A DNA stretch of 64,000 nt, taken from NCBI GenBank assembly GCA_026770705.1, contig JANJGN010000017.1:12338001-12402000 (forward strand), given 5' to 3'. This stretch comes from Isurus oxyrinchus (lineage: Eukaryota). Shown piece by piece: positions 1 through 11,628 of this stretch; the first letter of the stretch is position 1; each line of letters starts with the position of its first letter. The translations under genes were made by a program, and so were the position numbers. The notes under the pieces are model-generated. The model was not told the origin of the DNA. It did not search any database and saw only the letters and a program-made list of their open reading frames with translations.

Positions 1-128
1 GGGGATCAAAGGTTATGGGGAGAAGGCGGGAGAATGGGGTTGAGAAACTTATCAGCCATGATTGAATGGCGGAGCAGACTCGATGGGCCGAATGGCCTAA
101 TTTCTGCTCCTATGTCTTATGGTCTTAT
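1..128 (+). mobile_element. CR1 (HER1-type) LINE 3' tail, truncated by window edge
   Basis: ATCAGCCATGATTGAATGGCGGAGCAGACTCGATGGGCCGAATGGCCTA...CTCCTATGTCTTATGGTCTTA; same tail type as the other CR1 copies in the window. Confidence 0.8.
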
Positions 129-304
129 AAACAGGAAGCTATGAATAGAACCAAAGTATTGTATGCCTGATCTCACATTAAATACATCAGCTGACTGAGG
201 CTGCCAAAGTGTTCATCAGCCATTCAGATGGTGAACAGTTGGAAAGTGGAGACTTTGGGGAGCTTCAGGCAGCTGACACAGTTAAAATGTTCAGATCAGC
301 CTCT

Positions 305-480
305 ACAACAGCACCATCAATATGTTAAAATGTCCCAAGGCACTCCGCAGGAGTCACATTAGGAGATATTTGGTGTCAAAGTGATAGGTTTTAAGGAACA
401 TCTTAAAGGAGAGAGGGTGGGAGAGGTGGAGAGGGTTAGGGGGGCAATTGCAGAGCTTAGGACCTGGTGTGTAGCATCTA
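305..480 (-). mobile_element. Degenerate L2-type LINE 3' fragment
   Basis: GGTTTTAAGGAACATCTTAAAGGAGAGAGGG...GAGGGTTAGGGGG...CAGAGCTTAGG pattern recurs at 24400, 28470 and 43460. Confidence 0.5.
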
Positions 481-519
481 AGCTCTGCAATTGCCTCCCT
501 AAGTTTGTTTTATAGTGAT

Positions 520-910
520 GTGAGATGAGGGGTAAATGTTAACCAGGTCACAAGGGCCATCATGCTCTTCTTTGAAAAAGTGCCTTGGGATCTTTTACAT
601 TGAGCTGGGAGATCAGACTTGGTTTAACTTCTCATCCAAAAGATGTCACCTCTAACATTACAGCACTCCCTCAGTACTGCACAGGAGTGTCAGCCTGGAT
701 CCCATGCTCAAGTCTTTGGATCGAGAATGAAACCACAACTTTCTGAATCACTGAGCTATGCAAGTCTTTACTTTAAAATGCAGTGTTGGGATTAAAAAGA
801 AAGAACCAGCATTTATGTAGCACCTTTCACAGTCTCAGGACATCCCAAAACACTTTAAAGCCAATGAAGTACTTTTGAACTCTAGTTACTGTTATGATGC
901 AGGAAATGCT
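520..910 (-). mobile_element. DeuSINE (SacSINE1/AmnSINE1-like) fragments: body 520-760, tail 795-910
   Basis: CAGCACTCCCTCAGTACTGCAC..GTGTCAGCCT and TCTCATCCAAAAGA Deu-domain motifs; AGCCAATGAAGTACTTTTGAA tail motif. Confidence 0.7.
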
Positions 911-1419
911 GTATCTTTCATAATGTTCTTTTTGCTCACCAGACCTTAGAGACCTCAATATGTACAGATATGTAACATTTCTACTACTAATTGAAAATCT
1001 TCAACATCAATCAAATATCAGAAGATACATGGAAAAGATTTATCAAGATCTGGCAAGGCCTTAATCATTTGCCATGTGCCAGTCCTTTTCGATTGCCCTG
1101 TTTATACTGTTATCCAGTCCAGGTTTTTCTATTTACTGTTCTCACTTGTGCAGAAGTTTCTTGAAATGTGTTTTATTTTAATGAAAAAAGGATAGTTAGC
1201 TGGTTAATCTCCCCATCTCCTTTGAAATTCAGACATAAATACTGATGTCAAGCCCAGTCAATCAGAACCATGCATTCCAAGTATCAGACACGAATCTTAT
1301 TTTTACTTTAAGATTACATATTTTGACAGTAGTCATGCATGCCCAACAGTGACATTCCATTATGAGGATAAAGGCATGATGGAACCTCTACTGACATTGT
1401 GGTTGTCAAAAGTAAAAGA

Positions 1420-1810
1420 AAATATGTTACCTTAAAACTACATGATGCTTACATTTATTATGACATTCAACATTTCACAAAATGACTCCCTTATGGACTG
1501 CAAACTTGGCAGTCATCGACACCAGTACCACCCCATAAACAGTATTAAGATCAATGGCCAATGAAGCTGTTTTAGTGGTGTTGGTCGGGTGAGGGGGGAA
1601 TTGGCCAAGACACCAGGGGAACTCCTTTCTGTTAGAACTGCTGTGAAGTCCTTAATGTCACCTTCGTCAGCTCAATAACCAGACCTTGGTTCAATATCTC
1701 ATCTGATGAGGGGCACCTCTAATGTTGCAGCAGTCCTTCAGCATTGCACTGGAATGTCAACTTAGATCATGCAGTAAAACCTGACATAGCAAGTCAGAAT
1801 GCTCCCAACT
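1420..1810 (-). mobile_element. Degenerate DeuSINE
   Basis: TTGGCCAAGACACCAGGGGAACTCC, TCTCATCTGA..GCACCTCT, CAGCATTGCACTGGAATGTCAAC match other copies. Confidence 0.6.
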
Positions 1811-1922
1811 AAACCAGGCCATCACCTCATTTTCAATTATTATATGAATTTTACTAGTAAATAATATATATAAATTTTAATTATAAAATATGATTTAAAA
1901 AATAACTATTCTTAATTTAGGA

Positions 1923-2940
1923 TCATAGAAAGTTTACAACAAAGAAAGAGGCCACTTGACCCATTGTGCTGCACCAGTTGCTAAATGAGCCACCCAGTCT
2001 AATCCCACTTTCCAGCATTTGGTCCGTGACTCTGCAGGTTCCGGCACTTGAGGGTCCATATCCAGACGCCTTTTAAATGAGTTGAGGGTTTCTGCCTCTA
2101 CAACCCTTTCAGGCAGTGAGTTCCAGGCCCCCACAACCCTCTGGGTGAAAAACCTTTTCATCTCCCCTCTAACTATTCTACCAATCACTTTAAATCTATA
2201 TCCCCTCGTCACTGACCTCTCTGCTAAAGTAAATAGGCCTTTCCCATCCACTCTATCCAGGCCCCTCACAATTTTGTGCATCTCAATCAACTCTCCCCTC
2301 AGCCTCCTCTGTGCCAAGGAGAATAATCCCAGACTATCCAATCTTTCCCCATAGCTCAATTTTCCAGTCCTGACAACATCCTCATAAATCTCCCCTGTAC
2401 CCTCTCTAGTGCAATTACATACTTTCTGTAATGAGGTAACCAGAACTGCACACAGAACTCTAGTTGTGGCCTAACCAATGTTTTATATAGTTCCAGTATA
2501 ATCTTCCTGCTCTTATATTCAATGCCTCAGCTAATAAATGAAAGTATTTCATATGCCTTCTTAACCACCTGGTCAACCTGTCCTGCTACTTTTAGGGATC
2601 TATGGACATTACTCCAGGGTTTCTCACTTCCTCCACACCTCTCAGTATCCTCCCATTTATTGTGTGATCCTTTGCCTTGTTTGATCTCCCCAAATTCATC
2701 ATCTCACACTTCTCTGGGTTGAATTCCATTTGCCACTCTTCTGCCCATCTCACCAGTCTGTTGATATCTTCCTGCAGTCTAGAGCATCCTCCTCACTATA
2801 AACTGCGCAGCCAATTTTTGTGTCATCTGCAAACTTCTTGATCATTCCCCCTACATTTATGTCCAAATCATGAGCCCTGTGCAGCCCCACTGGAAAAAAG
2901 CCTTCCAGTCACAAAAAACATCCATCACCAATTACCCTTT
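1923..2940 (-). mobile_element. CR1 LINE 3' part (ORF2 C-terminus plus tail), with internal deletions
   Basis: ORF 1934-2359 reads YGERLDSLGLFSLAQRRLRGELIE...FFTQRVVGAWNSLPERVVEA, the canonical vertebrate CR1 ORF2 C-terminus. Confidence 0.9.
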
Positions 2941-3170
2941 GTGAATGTACCATGAATCTTTGGAATGCTCTACCCTAGAGGGTTGTGGATGCTCTTTTGC
3001 TGAATATATTTAAGGCTGGGATAGACAGATTTTTTTGTTCCTCAGGAAATGAAGGGATATGGGGAGCAGTTGGGTAAGCGGAGTTGAAGCCCAAGATCAG
3101 CCATGATCATATTGAATGGTGGACCAGGCTCTATGGGCCATTTAGTTACTCCTGCTCCTATCTCTTGTGT
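2941..3170 (+). mobile_element. CR1 LINE 3' end
   Basis: GAATCTTTGGAATGCTCTACCC..TGAATATATTTAAGGCTGGGATAGACAGATT...GATCAGCCATGATCATATTGAATGG. Confidence 0.8.
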
Positions 3171-4009
3171 ACAGTTTGCTTGAAGTTCCTCGAAGACTCA
3201 GTAGGTAAATAACACTTAGGGAGAGGTTTTGATTTGGGCACCAAAATGGGCATGATAAGGGTAACATGCTAATGGTGCCCACTCAACATGATAGTTGGGA
3301 GAACTGAACCACTTTTAAGTTCAGGTCCTTTAATACTTTCTTGGCGAGCTGCCAGGGGTGGGGCAAGAACAGGTCGGCAGCAGGCCAGAAGATTTTTGTG
3401 CAGAACTGCTCCTTACCCCACAAAAAATCTGAATAGAAACCCCCCCCCAAAAAATCTTATCTTTTGGGACAGGTGTCCAACAGTCCCTTTAAGATCGCTG
3501 GTCAGGTGCCCCATTGCCTGGAGAAATTAGATTGACTTGGGCTATTTGTGTTTCACCCATTTCTCCTTGAAAGCTGTAATCAGGGTCTTACCACAGGTAT
3601 TAAGCCTTTATGTGTATATCGAAACAGTCTCTCACCTACTTTAGGCGGAGTGTTGGAACCCATTTAAAGCCCTGCCTGATGGTTGCTATAGACAAGCCAA
3701 TAGATACACAAGGTCCCCGCCCAGGCTCTCAAATGCTGATTGCCTGTTGCTTGGGTGCATTGCCAAAGGTGTCATCATTCAGATGATCTCAGCTAGGACT
3801 GTGCCATGATTGGGTTCGGCATTGTTGGGCTACTTGTGGCTTGGGTAACAGAGAAGAGGATTGCCATTTCTGATCATTGTACAATTATCACTACTGGAAA
3901 GGTGTGAGTACGTGGATGTTGGGCAGAACAGGAATGACCTGCCATCACTGGCTAATTTTCACCATCAGGGTGAGTGCAAAACTGCCTGTTATACACCCTA
4001 CCAGTGTTT

Positions 4010-4865
4010 CTCCCTTCCAGTGACTCCTAAACCGAAAACGTTACATCCTTATTCGAAAAAAAAGGGGGGGTGAGGACAAATCCAGCAGCTCTAGGCCTAT
4101 CAGTTTAACCTCAGCGATGGGAAAACTCTTCCAAAAGATAATCAGTGACAAACTTAACAGTAACTTGGACAAGTGCAGATTAATTAAGGAAAACCCAGCA
4201 CAGATTAGACAAAGGCAAATCATATTTAACTAACTTGTTGAGTGTTTTTTAATGAGGTAATTAGAGTGTTGATGAGGTTAATGCAGCTGATGGAAATATT
4301 TCTCCACCCAGAGGGTTGTTAAGGTCTCAAACCCACTCCATGAAAATGCGCTGGGAATCAGATTCCATAGAAACTTTCACAAGGTTAGATTTGAAGTGGA
4401 CTAACTTGAAGGGTTTGTTGGGGTGGGTGGAGAGGGTGGGGGGGAGCTGAAGGGTGAGACGAAACTGGACAGCTTTTTCAAAGGTCTGACACCGGCAGGA
4501 TGGGCCAAATGGCCTCCTTCAAGGCTTCTATAAACCCTAAACACTAATCCTAATCTCTAACTCTAAATCATGTGGTGTCAATAGCAGCTCGCACTGCTGA
4601 CTGCAATGTCAATGGTCACTGTGTTGCCTCCAATGGGGCAGGTAGGCTGTATTGTCAATAGTCTGCCCATCTTCTGAAATGGAAGTCAAAGACACTGTAA
4701 ATGTGTTCCTATGACAACATTTAAAGATGAATTGAATAAGTATTTGTGAAAGAAGAGTATGAGAAGAGATTACAGGGAAATGGCAGGGAAGTACAATTAG
4801 ACTTGAAGAAGAACCGACATGGGCACAGGAACGATGGACTGGATGGCTTCCTATGCTGTATATTT
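4010..4865 (+). mobile_element. Fragmented CR1 LINE pieces (RT region 4010-4290; tails about 4295-4530 and 4705-4865)
   Basis: Degenerate RPISLTS-like (AGGCCTATCAGTTTAACCTCAG) and LTNL-like segments; GATGGGCCAAATGGCCTCCTTC tail. Confidence 0.65.
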
Positions 4866-5334
4866 TACGCAGGAAACTTGAAAGATCAAGTCAGTTGCCA
4901 GTTTTACAACTCTGCCTGACTTTACTTGCCACTAAAGCCAATGGTAAAACCAACCACAGAGTAAAACAGGTGGACAACCCAGTGTAATCGTGCCAGGCAT
5001 GTTAGGCTCAAATGGCCTCTGCAGGTTCAGTATCTTGAGGGCAGGAGGGAGGACAATGGGGGTAGGGAGGGGTAAAAGAACAGTATTGTGTACAAAATGG
5101 TTGATAGTGACTCAGCAAAGCAACCCTCTTTTGGGTTCCGCCAATTTCGTTTTCCTCGCTACCATCCACTTTGCACAGCGCCCAAGGCGAATTTCACCCA
5201 CAATGAATTTTTCATTAAGTTACAAAAGTTGGGATTCGCCAGTCCTTCCCCTTTCGTGAGTCAGGCTTTTTCTTTCTAGTTTTGAGTTTACACAAACATT
5301 GAGGAACTAACTGGGTTTTCACTTTGCTGTTCAG

Positions 5335-5848
5335 GTGTCATTTCTGGTGCGTATAATTCCCAGTCCAGATTGGTTTCTTGGTGCTAACAGTATCAACCTG
5401 TGTGAGAATGATAATTGGAAAAAATCCTACACCTTGGATCTATTCCCTTGGGATGCTGGGACAGACAGTGGATTTACATTTTCGTCTCCAAACTTTGCCA
5501 CCAACCCTCAGGAGACAATATTCCAAATAACCGCCAAGTACCCGTCCCATCCAGCCAATTCCTTCTACTATCCACGTCTGGAAGCATTGCCCAGAATGGG
5601 CCACTCAGAGTTCACTCTGCTCTCCGCAACCTCGCCCAGTCAGGCATCGAGCGAGGAACCTGAGAAAACGCAAACAACCCAAGGACAGAAACAAAACTTG
5701 ACAGAGCTTCCACAGGTTATCCGGTTGCTGACTGAGAATGGGACGAAGACTGAAGCCGAACTCTTCAAAGTCGACGATGGTTTCAACGATGTGCTTGAAA
5801 AGCTGTTGAAAAAGGAGCCTGGAAGTAGGTTCAACACAAACGGAAAGA
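5335..5848 (+). CDS. spon2: Spondin-2/mindin-like gene, internal coding exon (C-terminal half of Spondin_N domain plus long linker); upstream exons lie outside the window
   Basis: Acceptor TTTCACTTTGCTGTTCAG|GTG; translation [16 protein letters not shown]...[26 protein letters not shown]...[13 protein letters not shown] closely matches SPON2; donor A|GTAAGT at 5849 (phase 1). Ortholog versus paralog not resolved. Confidence 0.93.
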
Positions 5849-5874
5849 GTAAGTGATAACCTGAGCTGGACCAT

Positions 5875-6330
5875 ATATTCACAGGGATAGGATCAGTAAT
5901 AGGCCTTTCAGTCCTCTGAGCCCCTTCTGGCATTCCATTAGATCATGGTGGATCTGAACCTTAACTCCACTGACCTGCCTTAGTTTCATATCCCTGAATA
6001 TCCTTGCCCAAGCAAAAATCTATTGATCTCAATCTTGAAAGCTCCAATGATCCAGTATCCACAGCCTACTGTGAGTAGAGAATCACACATTTCTTAGTCA
6101 CGCTCTGTGTGAAAATGTACTTCCTGATTTTGCTCCTGAACAGCCTGGCTCTAATTTTAAAATTAAATCCCGTCGCTCTTTATTCCCCACCAGAGGAAAT
6201 TGTTTCTCCATATCGCCCCTAATGAATCCATTTAACAGTCTGAACACCTCAATCAGATCACCCCCTAAATGTAGGAGTACAAGACAAGTTTATGTAACTC
6301 CTCCTTATAAGTTACCCTCTAAGCCCTGAC
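5875..6330 (-). mobile_element. CR1 LINE 3' fragment (intronic)
   Basis: CCATTAGATCATGG, AAAAATCTATTGATCTC, GGCTCTAATTTTAA, CTCAATCAGATCACCCC. Confidence 0.7.
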
Positions 6331-6834
6331 TCCAATTTCCTCAATTAGTGGTAGTTGGTTAGGAACTTTTCTGGATCTTCACCTGCCATCACTTTGCTGG
6401 GTTTCCACTGCACTTTCAGTGAAGTAACAAGAAGGAGCAGCTCCAAGGAATTCTCCGGCCATTGTGACAGGCAAAACTTAAAAGAATGGTTGGTACATAA
6501 ATCGACTCATAACGTTTAATATTGATAAGTAGTTTGAGGCATCTGCACTATGGTGCAGAACTTATCTACTGGGATCACATGTAGAAACTCAGACACACGA
6601 TTCCCATAGTTTTCCATCCATTAAACTTTGCACCAGGAATGTCAATTCATGAGATTACTCATTTCACCATTGAAGGTAATCGGACCTGATGTTGTGACCC
6701 ATGTTCCTCGACAGAGAGCCACAATAATGTTGCTGCTCCCCCTCTGATTTGTACTCCCTTCAAAAGTGGCTTCCATGCTGGAAGTGCACAATTGTGGAAT
6801 TGACCCTCGGGTTTTTTTTTCTGTATTTTCTTCC

Positions 6835-7210
6835 ACTGCGGAGACTTGACCACAAAGTCTAAGCTGAGACTCCGCAGCGTTGTACTGAGAAAGTGCTGAA
6901 CTGTCAGAGGTTCTGTTCCTTCAGATTGGGCATTAAACTGAGACCCCAGCTGCCATCTCAGTTAGCTGAAAAAAAAAGCATTATTTTGATGAAAGGCTGG
7001 AGAGGTATCCCCAGTGTCCTGCCCAACATTTATCCCTCAACCAATATCACGAAAGGCAGATAATCTGATATTGACACCTTGCTGTTTGTTGTGTGCAAAT
7101 TGGCTTCTGTGTTTCCTACATTACAGTACTTCATTGATTGTAAAGCACTTTGAGACATCCTGATGCTGTGAAAAGTGATATAGAAATGCAAGTTCTCTTT
7201 TTTCCTTTTG
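6835..7210 (+). mobile_element. DeuSINE
   Basis: GTACTGAGAAAGTGCTG..GTGTCCTGCCCAACATTTATCCCTCAACC..GTGCAAATTGGCT..AGAAATGCAAGTTCT. Confidence 0.75.
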
Positions 7211-8326
7211 CTGCTAAACACAGTAAATCGAGGAACTTCCCGCTGTTGTTCCTCTTAAGATGTTAATACACCATCCTACATAGGCTGACTTCTCGCTGCA
7301 TCCAAAAACTGAGATTCGTCAACTTTCCTGTGGCTAACCATAAAGATAAGTCTATACAGGATTGCTGTGTTGTGATGGGAAATATAGCATTGTGGAAATC
7401 ATCAAAGTGAAGGGCCAAGACCCATTGTGCAGGATACCATTAGGGATATAAACAGTTAAAGGGGAAACAAGGTAAATTGGCTATTTGTGTTTGGATTTTA
7501 AAAGTCTGAAGATTGTAGAATGAAGGAAAATGACTCAGGGATCCAGAAGGATAGACTTCACTGGGTTGCTTTTTCCAGCCCTGTACATTCCAATGTGCAT
7601 AGCACTGACGCTGGACTGAATTTTAAAAACTGCAGAGAAGATCTGCTGGTGCCAAAACAAAAAATTCCTCAGCAATTCCCACTGTTACTTTCTAGAGCTA
7701 AAAGAAACCAGAGATTTACTGGCTTCTATTGTTGGCGCAAGTATGTTTTTTTTCCTCTTCTTCGGCTCACATTATCATCTTCAACATCGCTGGTGCAGAG
7801 CTGCACAGGCTAAGGGGCAGCCATTGGGAATGCAGGCCTGTGTTTTCTGCTGGAGATTGAGAATGCCACAATGCCATTTCCTGAAGCAGACTCCCACCAA
7901 GTGAAGCTCGATGGCAGGGGGACTATGGTTTAAAAATTCACCCACCCCGAAGGGTGAGTGACACTAAAAAGAGTTGCCTGACTAGTGCTTTGACAAGAGA
8001 CTCTGGGCGCAAATCTGGTTGCCTTCACCCAGTATTAATGGGGCAGTAACGACTTCAATTTGGGGTCAGTAGCTTTACGATCCTGTTAAGAACCGCAACG
8101 TGGCTGCCCCAATTTTAAAAATGGACCCGGGTTTGGGTTATCCAAACTGCCCACCTGATTCAGACAATGGTCCCCTTTCAATATGGTAATAGGACCCCGA
8201 TTGCCATTTTAAGTCAGTCTGCTCCACCGAAGCTGCAACTTGTTCCAAGATTTGGCGGTGGGGATCGAGGAGAGTTCACCTCGAGATCGGATGGCCGTAA
8301 ATCCAAATTAATGCCTCTATGCCTGA

Positions 8327-8674
8327 TAGGGTTGCCAAATCTGGCAGGTCACATTCCTGGATGTTTCATCACATGATCTTGCGCTTCCCAGCTACCTTTC
8401 ACCCCCCACCCCAAAGCTCCCACCTGATACACCTCAATCCTCGGGGCACCCCACGTTCCCACACCAATTGGGAGAACAGGCCTTACATGACCGGACAATT
8501 CTCGACTGAGTCCAAACACTCTTTCTCCCCATCCATCTCCGATATTTTTTGAATTAATACACAAAACCGTTCAAATAAAATGAAAACATCTTTCCTCCTG
8601 GCTGCTTGCCGTAGTGTCCTGGAGATTAATCTTCAATTCCTGGAGACTCCGATCCTGCTGGATTGCTAACCCTA
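8327..8674. mobile_element. Non-autonomous hAT element nested in a GC-rich MITE-like repeat (about 8005-8720)
   Basis: Imperfect TIRs TAGGGTTGCCAA / TTGCTAACCCTA; flanking 8-mers ATGCCTGA and ATAGCTGA (6/8 identical) fit a decayed 8-bp TSD. Confidence 0.65.
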
Positions 8675-9124
8675 ATAGCTGACCTGGGCCCATTCCAGGC
8701 TGAATGCAAAAACTTGTGATAGTGTTTCCAATCTTAGCATTTGAAAACTGACGAGTACAAATTTCACCAAAAAAAAAACAAGCACTTTTTCCCTCTGACA
8801 AGTGTTATCTCTTCATTGACGTTGGGCAGCTTTACATGCTTTCTGCTGTACTAGTATTTGTACTGCACCACTAATGGTGGGCTGTCTAAAGCCAGGGATT
8901 ATCGGACAACCTGCATAAACCAATACATTAACACAAGGTTATCAGCGAGCAGCCTCAGCAGGCAATTAATCCACCAGCAACAACCTCCAGGAGAACCAAA
9001 TGATTTCTTTTCTCAGTCCCTATTATTTGATTTATATTAGGTCTCCCACCCCAAGCATCTTGTGAGAAAAGATGTGGGCAAGTGATTTATCATCTCCTGT
9101 CAGCTCGCCCCTCAGCACTGACAC

Positions 9125-9410
9125 AGATACAGGAGCAACCCATTTAACTCCTATAGTCTGTTCCACCCTGCCATTCAACGAGATCATGGCTGATCTGCCT
9201 TCTAACTCCATACACTAACCTTTGCCCCATCTCCTTAATATCCATAGTGAACAAAAATCTATCAATCTCAAACTTAGGAACATACGGAATTAACAATTGA
9301 CCTAGCATTAACAGTTTTTGCAGAAGAGAGTTCCATCCTTTGCTTGTAGAAGGTATGTTAACCACTTCTGAAAGACCTGGCTCTAATTTTTAGGCTTTTC
9401 CCCCTAGAGA
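9125..9410 (-). mobile_element. CR1 LINE 3' fragment
   Basis: GCCATTCAACGAGATCATGGCTGATCTG, AAAAATCTATCAATCTC. Confidence 0.7.
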
Positions 9411-10791
9411 TTGGGCACTTGAACCTTTTGGAAAGTCACAGCTAGAGACAGATGCCTCCCTATTCCATGGATCTACATGTTGCTATTCTAATATGCTTTG
9501 ACACTCCGCTGCCTTGAGTCAGCAACAATTCTAACAAGGTCAAATATAAATCCGCCTAATTAACATTGATAATCTCTCTGCTCAACCCTAGCCCCAGAAC
9601 CCAAGCTCCCTGATCCCGCCTAACCTGGCTCCCACTTATTTCCTTATACTGTGGGAATGTTGTTGAGATGGCAACAGGAGAAGCTAAGCAGTTGCCAATC
9701 TAGAGAAACATCCAACAACAACAATAATGATTAACCTCTAATTGGCCTCATGACCTCTTCAGATCATCACCCTATGATGAGTATTGGACTAGTGGGCTTT
9801 AAAGAATAGACCAATAATTAAATATGACAAACATGCTCAACACCTCAGACTACCCCCAAGCAACAGGACAAGAGATTGGCTAGTATAATCTAATGTAAAA
9901 TACCACTTATTGGAACCTCCAATACCATATACTTGTGTATCTGTTTCTATAAAACATATAATAGGCTATTTGATACAGAACTGTGACACATATATATTCA
10001 TAATATAACAATTGTAGGTAGACTAAATAAATATAATAGCTGAATTGTTCCAGTGTCACACACATGCATAGTATAATGCATACAAATATCAGTAAGTGTA
10101 ACACTTTGACAGCAACATTATCCAGGAGTTACAAGAGTACTGCGAACACGGAATGGAGTAAATTTCATATATTAGCATTAAATCAAGATGCAACTTGTAT
10201 TGTCCAATAAAAAAGACAGATGTGACTACAGCAACACTGTTATAGCCTCGTGCAATAATTTTAGTAGAACATAATCTTTACACACTCTAGTAGGAAATTA
10301 CATACTCTCATGCAATACAGGTAAAGGTAGTTCACATTACTTCCTTGCTCACTGAATAGTGGTAGATGTTAAAGCACTCACACTGATTTTAAAAAAACAG
10401 GTTCTTTTTGTCTTTTTACAAACAGTTACACAAAGGTTAAAGTTCACATGCAAAAGACATTCAAATGAATGTCAAGATCAAAAGCCCAACTGCAGTGTCT
10501 AATACGTATTTTTTTTTATTTACTTACCAGAAATCCAATTAGCCACACCTGGATTCTCAATTAGTTGCACGTGGTTCATGGCTAATGTATTGAACAACAC
10601 TGGGTTAAACCATGTGATGTGGATTAGGAATTTAAGTGATAATTCCAGGTATCAAAGTAGTATTTCAGCATTCATTGGCAACAAATTAGCAGCTTGTTGG
10701 GAAGTGAAGTCAAAATGCACACCCATGCATGGAACACTAATGACTGACATTGTAAGGTAGAATTAACAAGGTTTTTTCTGTTACCCTTCAG

Positions 10792-11208
10792 ACTCCCAAG
10801 AAAGTGATTTCACCAGCACACCTCTGGACTGTGAAGTCTCTGTCTGGTCTTTATGGGGTCTCTGCAGCCACAGCTGTGGGATTGGCATCCGAGAGAGGAC
10901 GCGGTTCATCTTGCAGCATCCCGCCAACGATGGGGAGACCTGCCCAACCTTGCTGATCCAGGAAGAGTGCGAGGAATCCCCTTGTCCGACACCCGTGACA
11001 GACAGCAATGTCACTGTTTTAGACCCAGCAGAAGGAACTGCAAAGACACACTTTGAGGCAAACCTGAATGAAAGCATAGACTCTGATTTACTGGAAGAGC
11101 CCCTGTCACAGCACAACGAAACAGGAGGTGAACCAGAGAATACCACCGCATTAGCTCATCCTGACACAATGCGAGTCCAAGAAAGCAACCAGCTTCTGAA
11201 ATTCACAA
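10792..11208 (+). CDS. spon2: Spondin-2-like gene, exon with thrombospondin type-1 repeat and start of an acidic C-terminal extension
   Basis: Acceptor TTTTTTCTGTTACCCTTCAG; phase 1 joins the previous exon in frame; TPLDCEVSVWSLWGLCSHSCGIGIRERTRFILQHPANDGETCPTLLIQEECEESPC; donor A|GTAAGT at 11209 (phase 1). Confidence 0.92.
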
Positions 11209-11349
11209 GTAAGTTACTTTTGTCCTTCTTTCCTGGAGCAAATGCAGCAGGTTTTCTTGTTTCTGTACCTGCTGAAAGGGCACCAGCAAATATGAGAATG
11301 TGCATACCAAAAGGTTCAAACAGTGGCAAATTAGCTAACCCCCTACTAG

Positions 11350-11622
11350 ATTAAATTTGCAGGCAATTTGCACACAGCAAAGTCCCAGCAATGTGATAAT
11401 AACCAGATCATCATGGTTGAGGGATCCATATTGGCTAGGACTCGAGGGAAAATTCCCCCTGCCAATAACATATATCTGAGAGGACAGACAAGTCCCCACT
11501 TAATGTCTCATCTGAGAGGCAGCACCTCTGACTGTGCAGCACTGGAGTGTCAGCCTAAGTCTTATACTCAAGTCTCTGGAGCCACAGCCTTCTGAATCAA
11601 ATGTGAGAGTGCTGCTTATTGA
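11350..11622 (-). mobile_element. DeuSINE, directly abutting the LINE at 11629
   Basis: AATTTGCACACAGCAA, ATATTGGCTAGGAC, CAGCACCTCTGACTGTGCAGCACTGGAGTGTCAGCCTA. Confidence 0.7.
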
Positions 11623-11628
11623 ATCACA

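Noticed and set aside
5088-5279. ORF ending near a GTGAGT donor just upstream of the spondin exon
   Set aside because: No similarity to the expected upstream SPON2 exon; overlaps a MITE-like end (GCGAATTTCACCC).
5415-5933. Alternative-frame and antisense ORFs over the spondin exon
   Set aside because: Shadows of the real coding frame.
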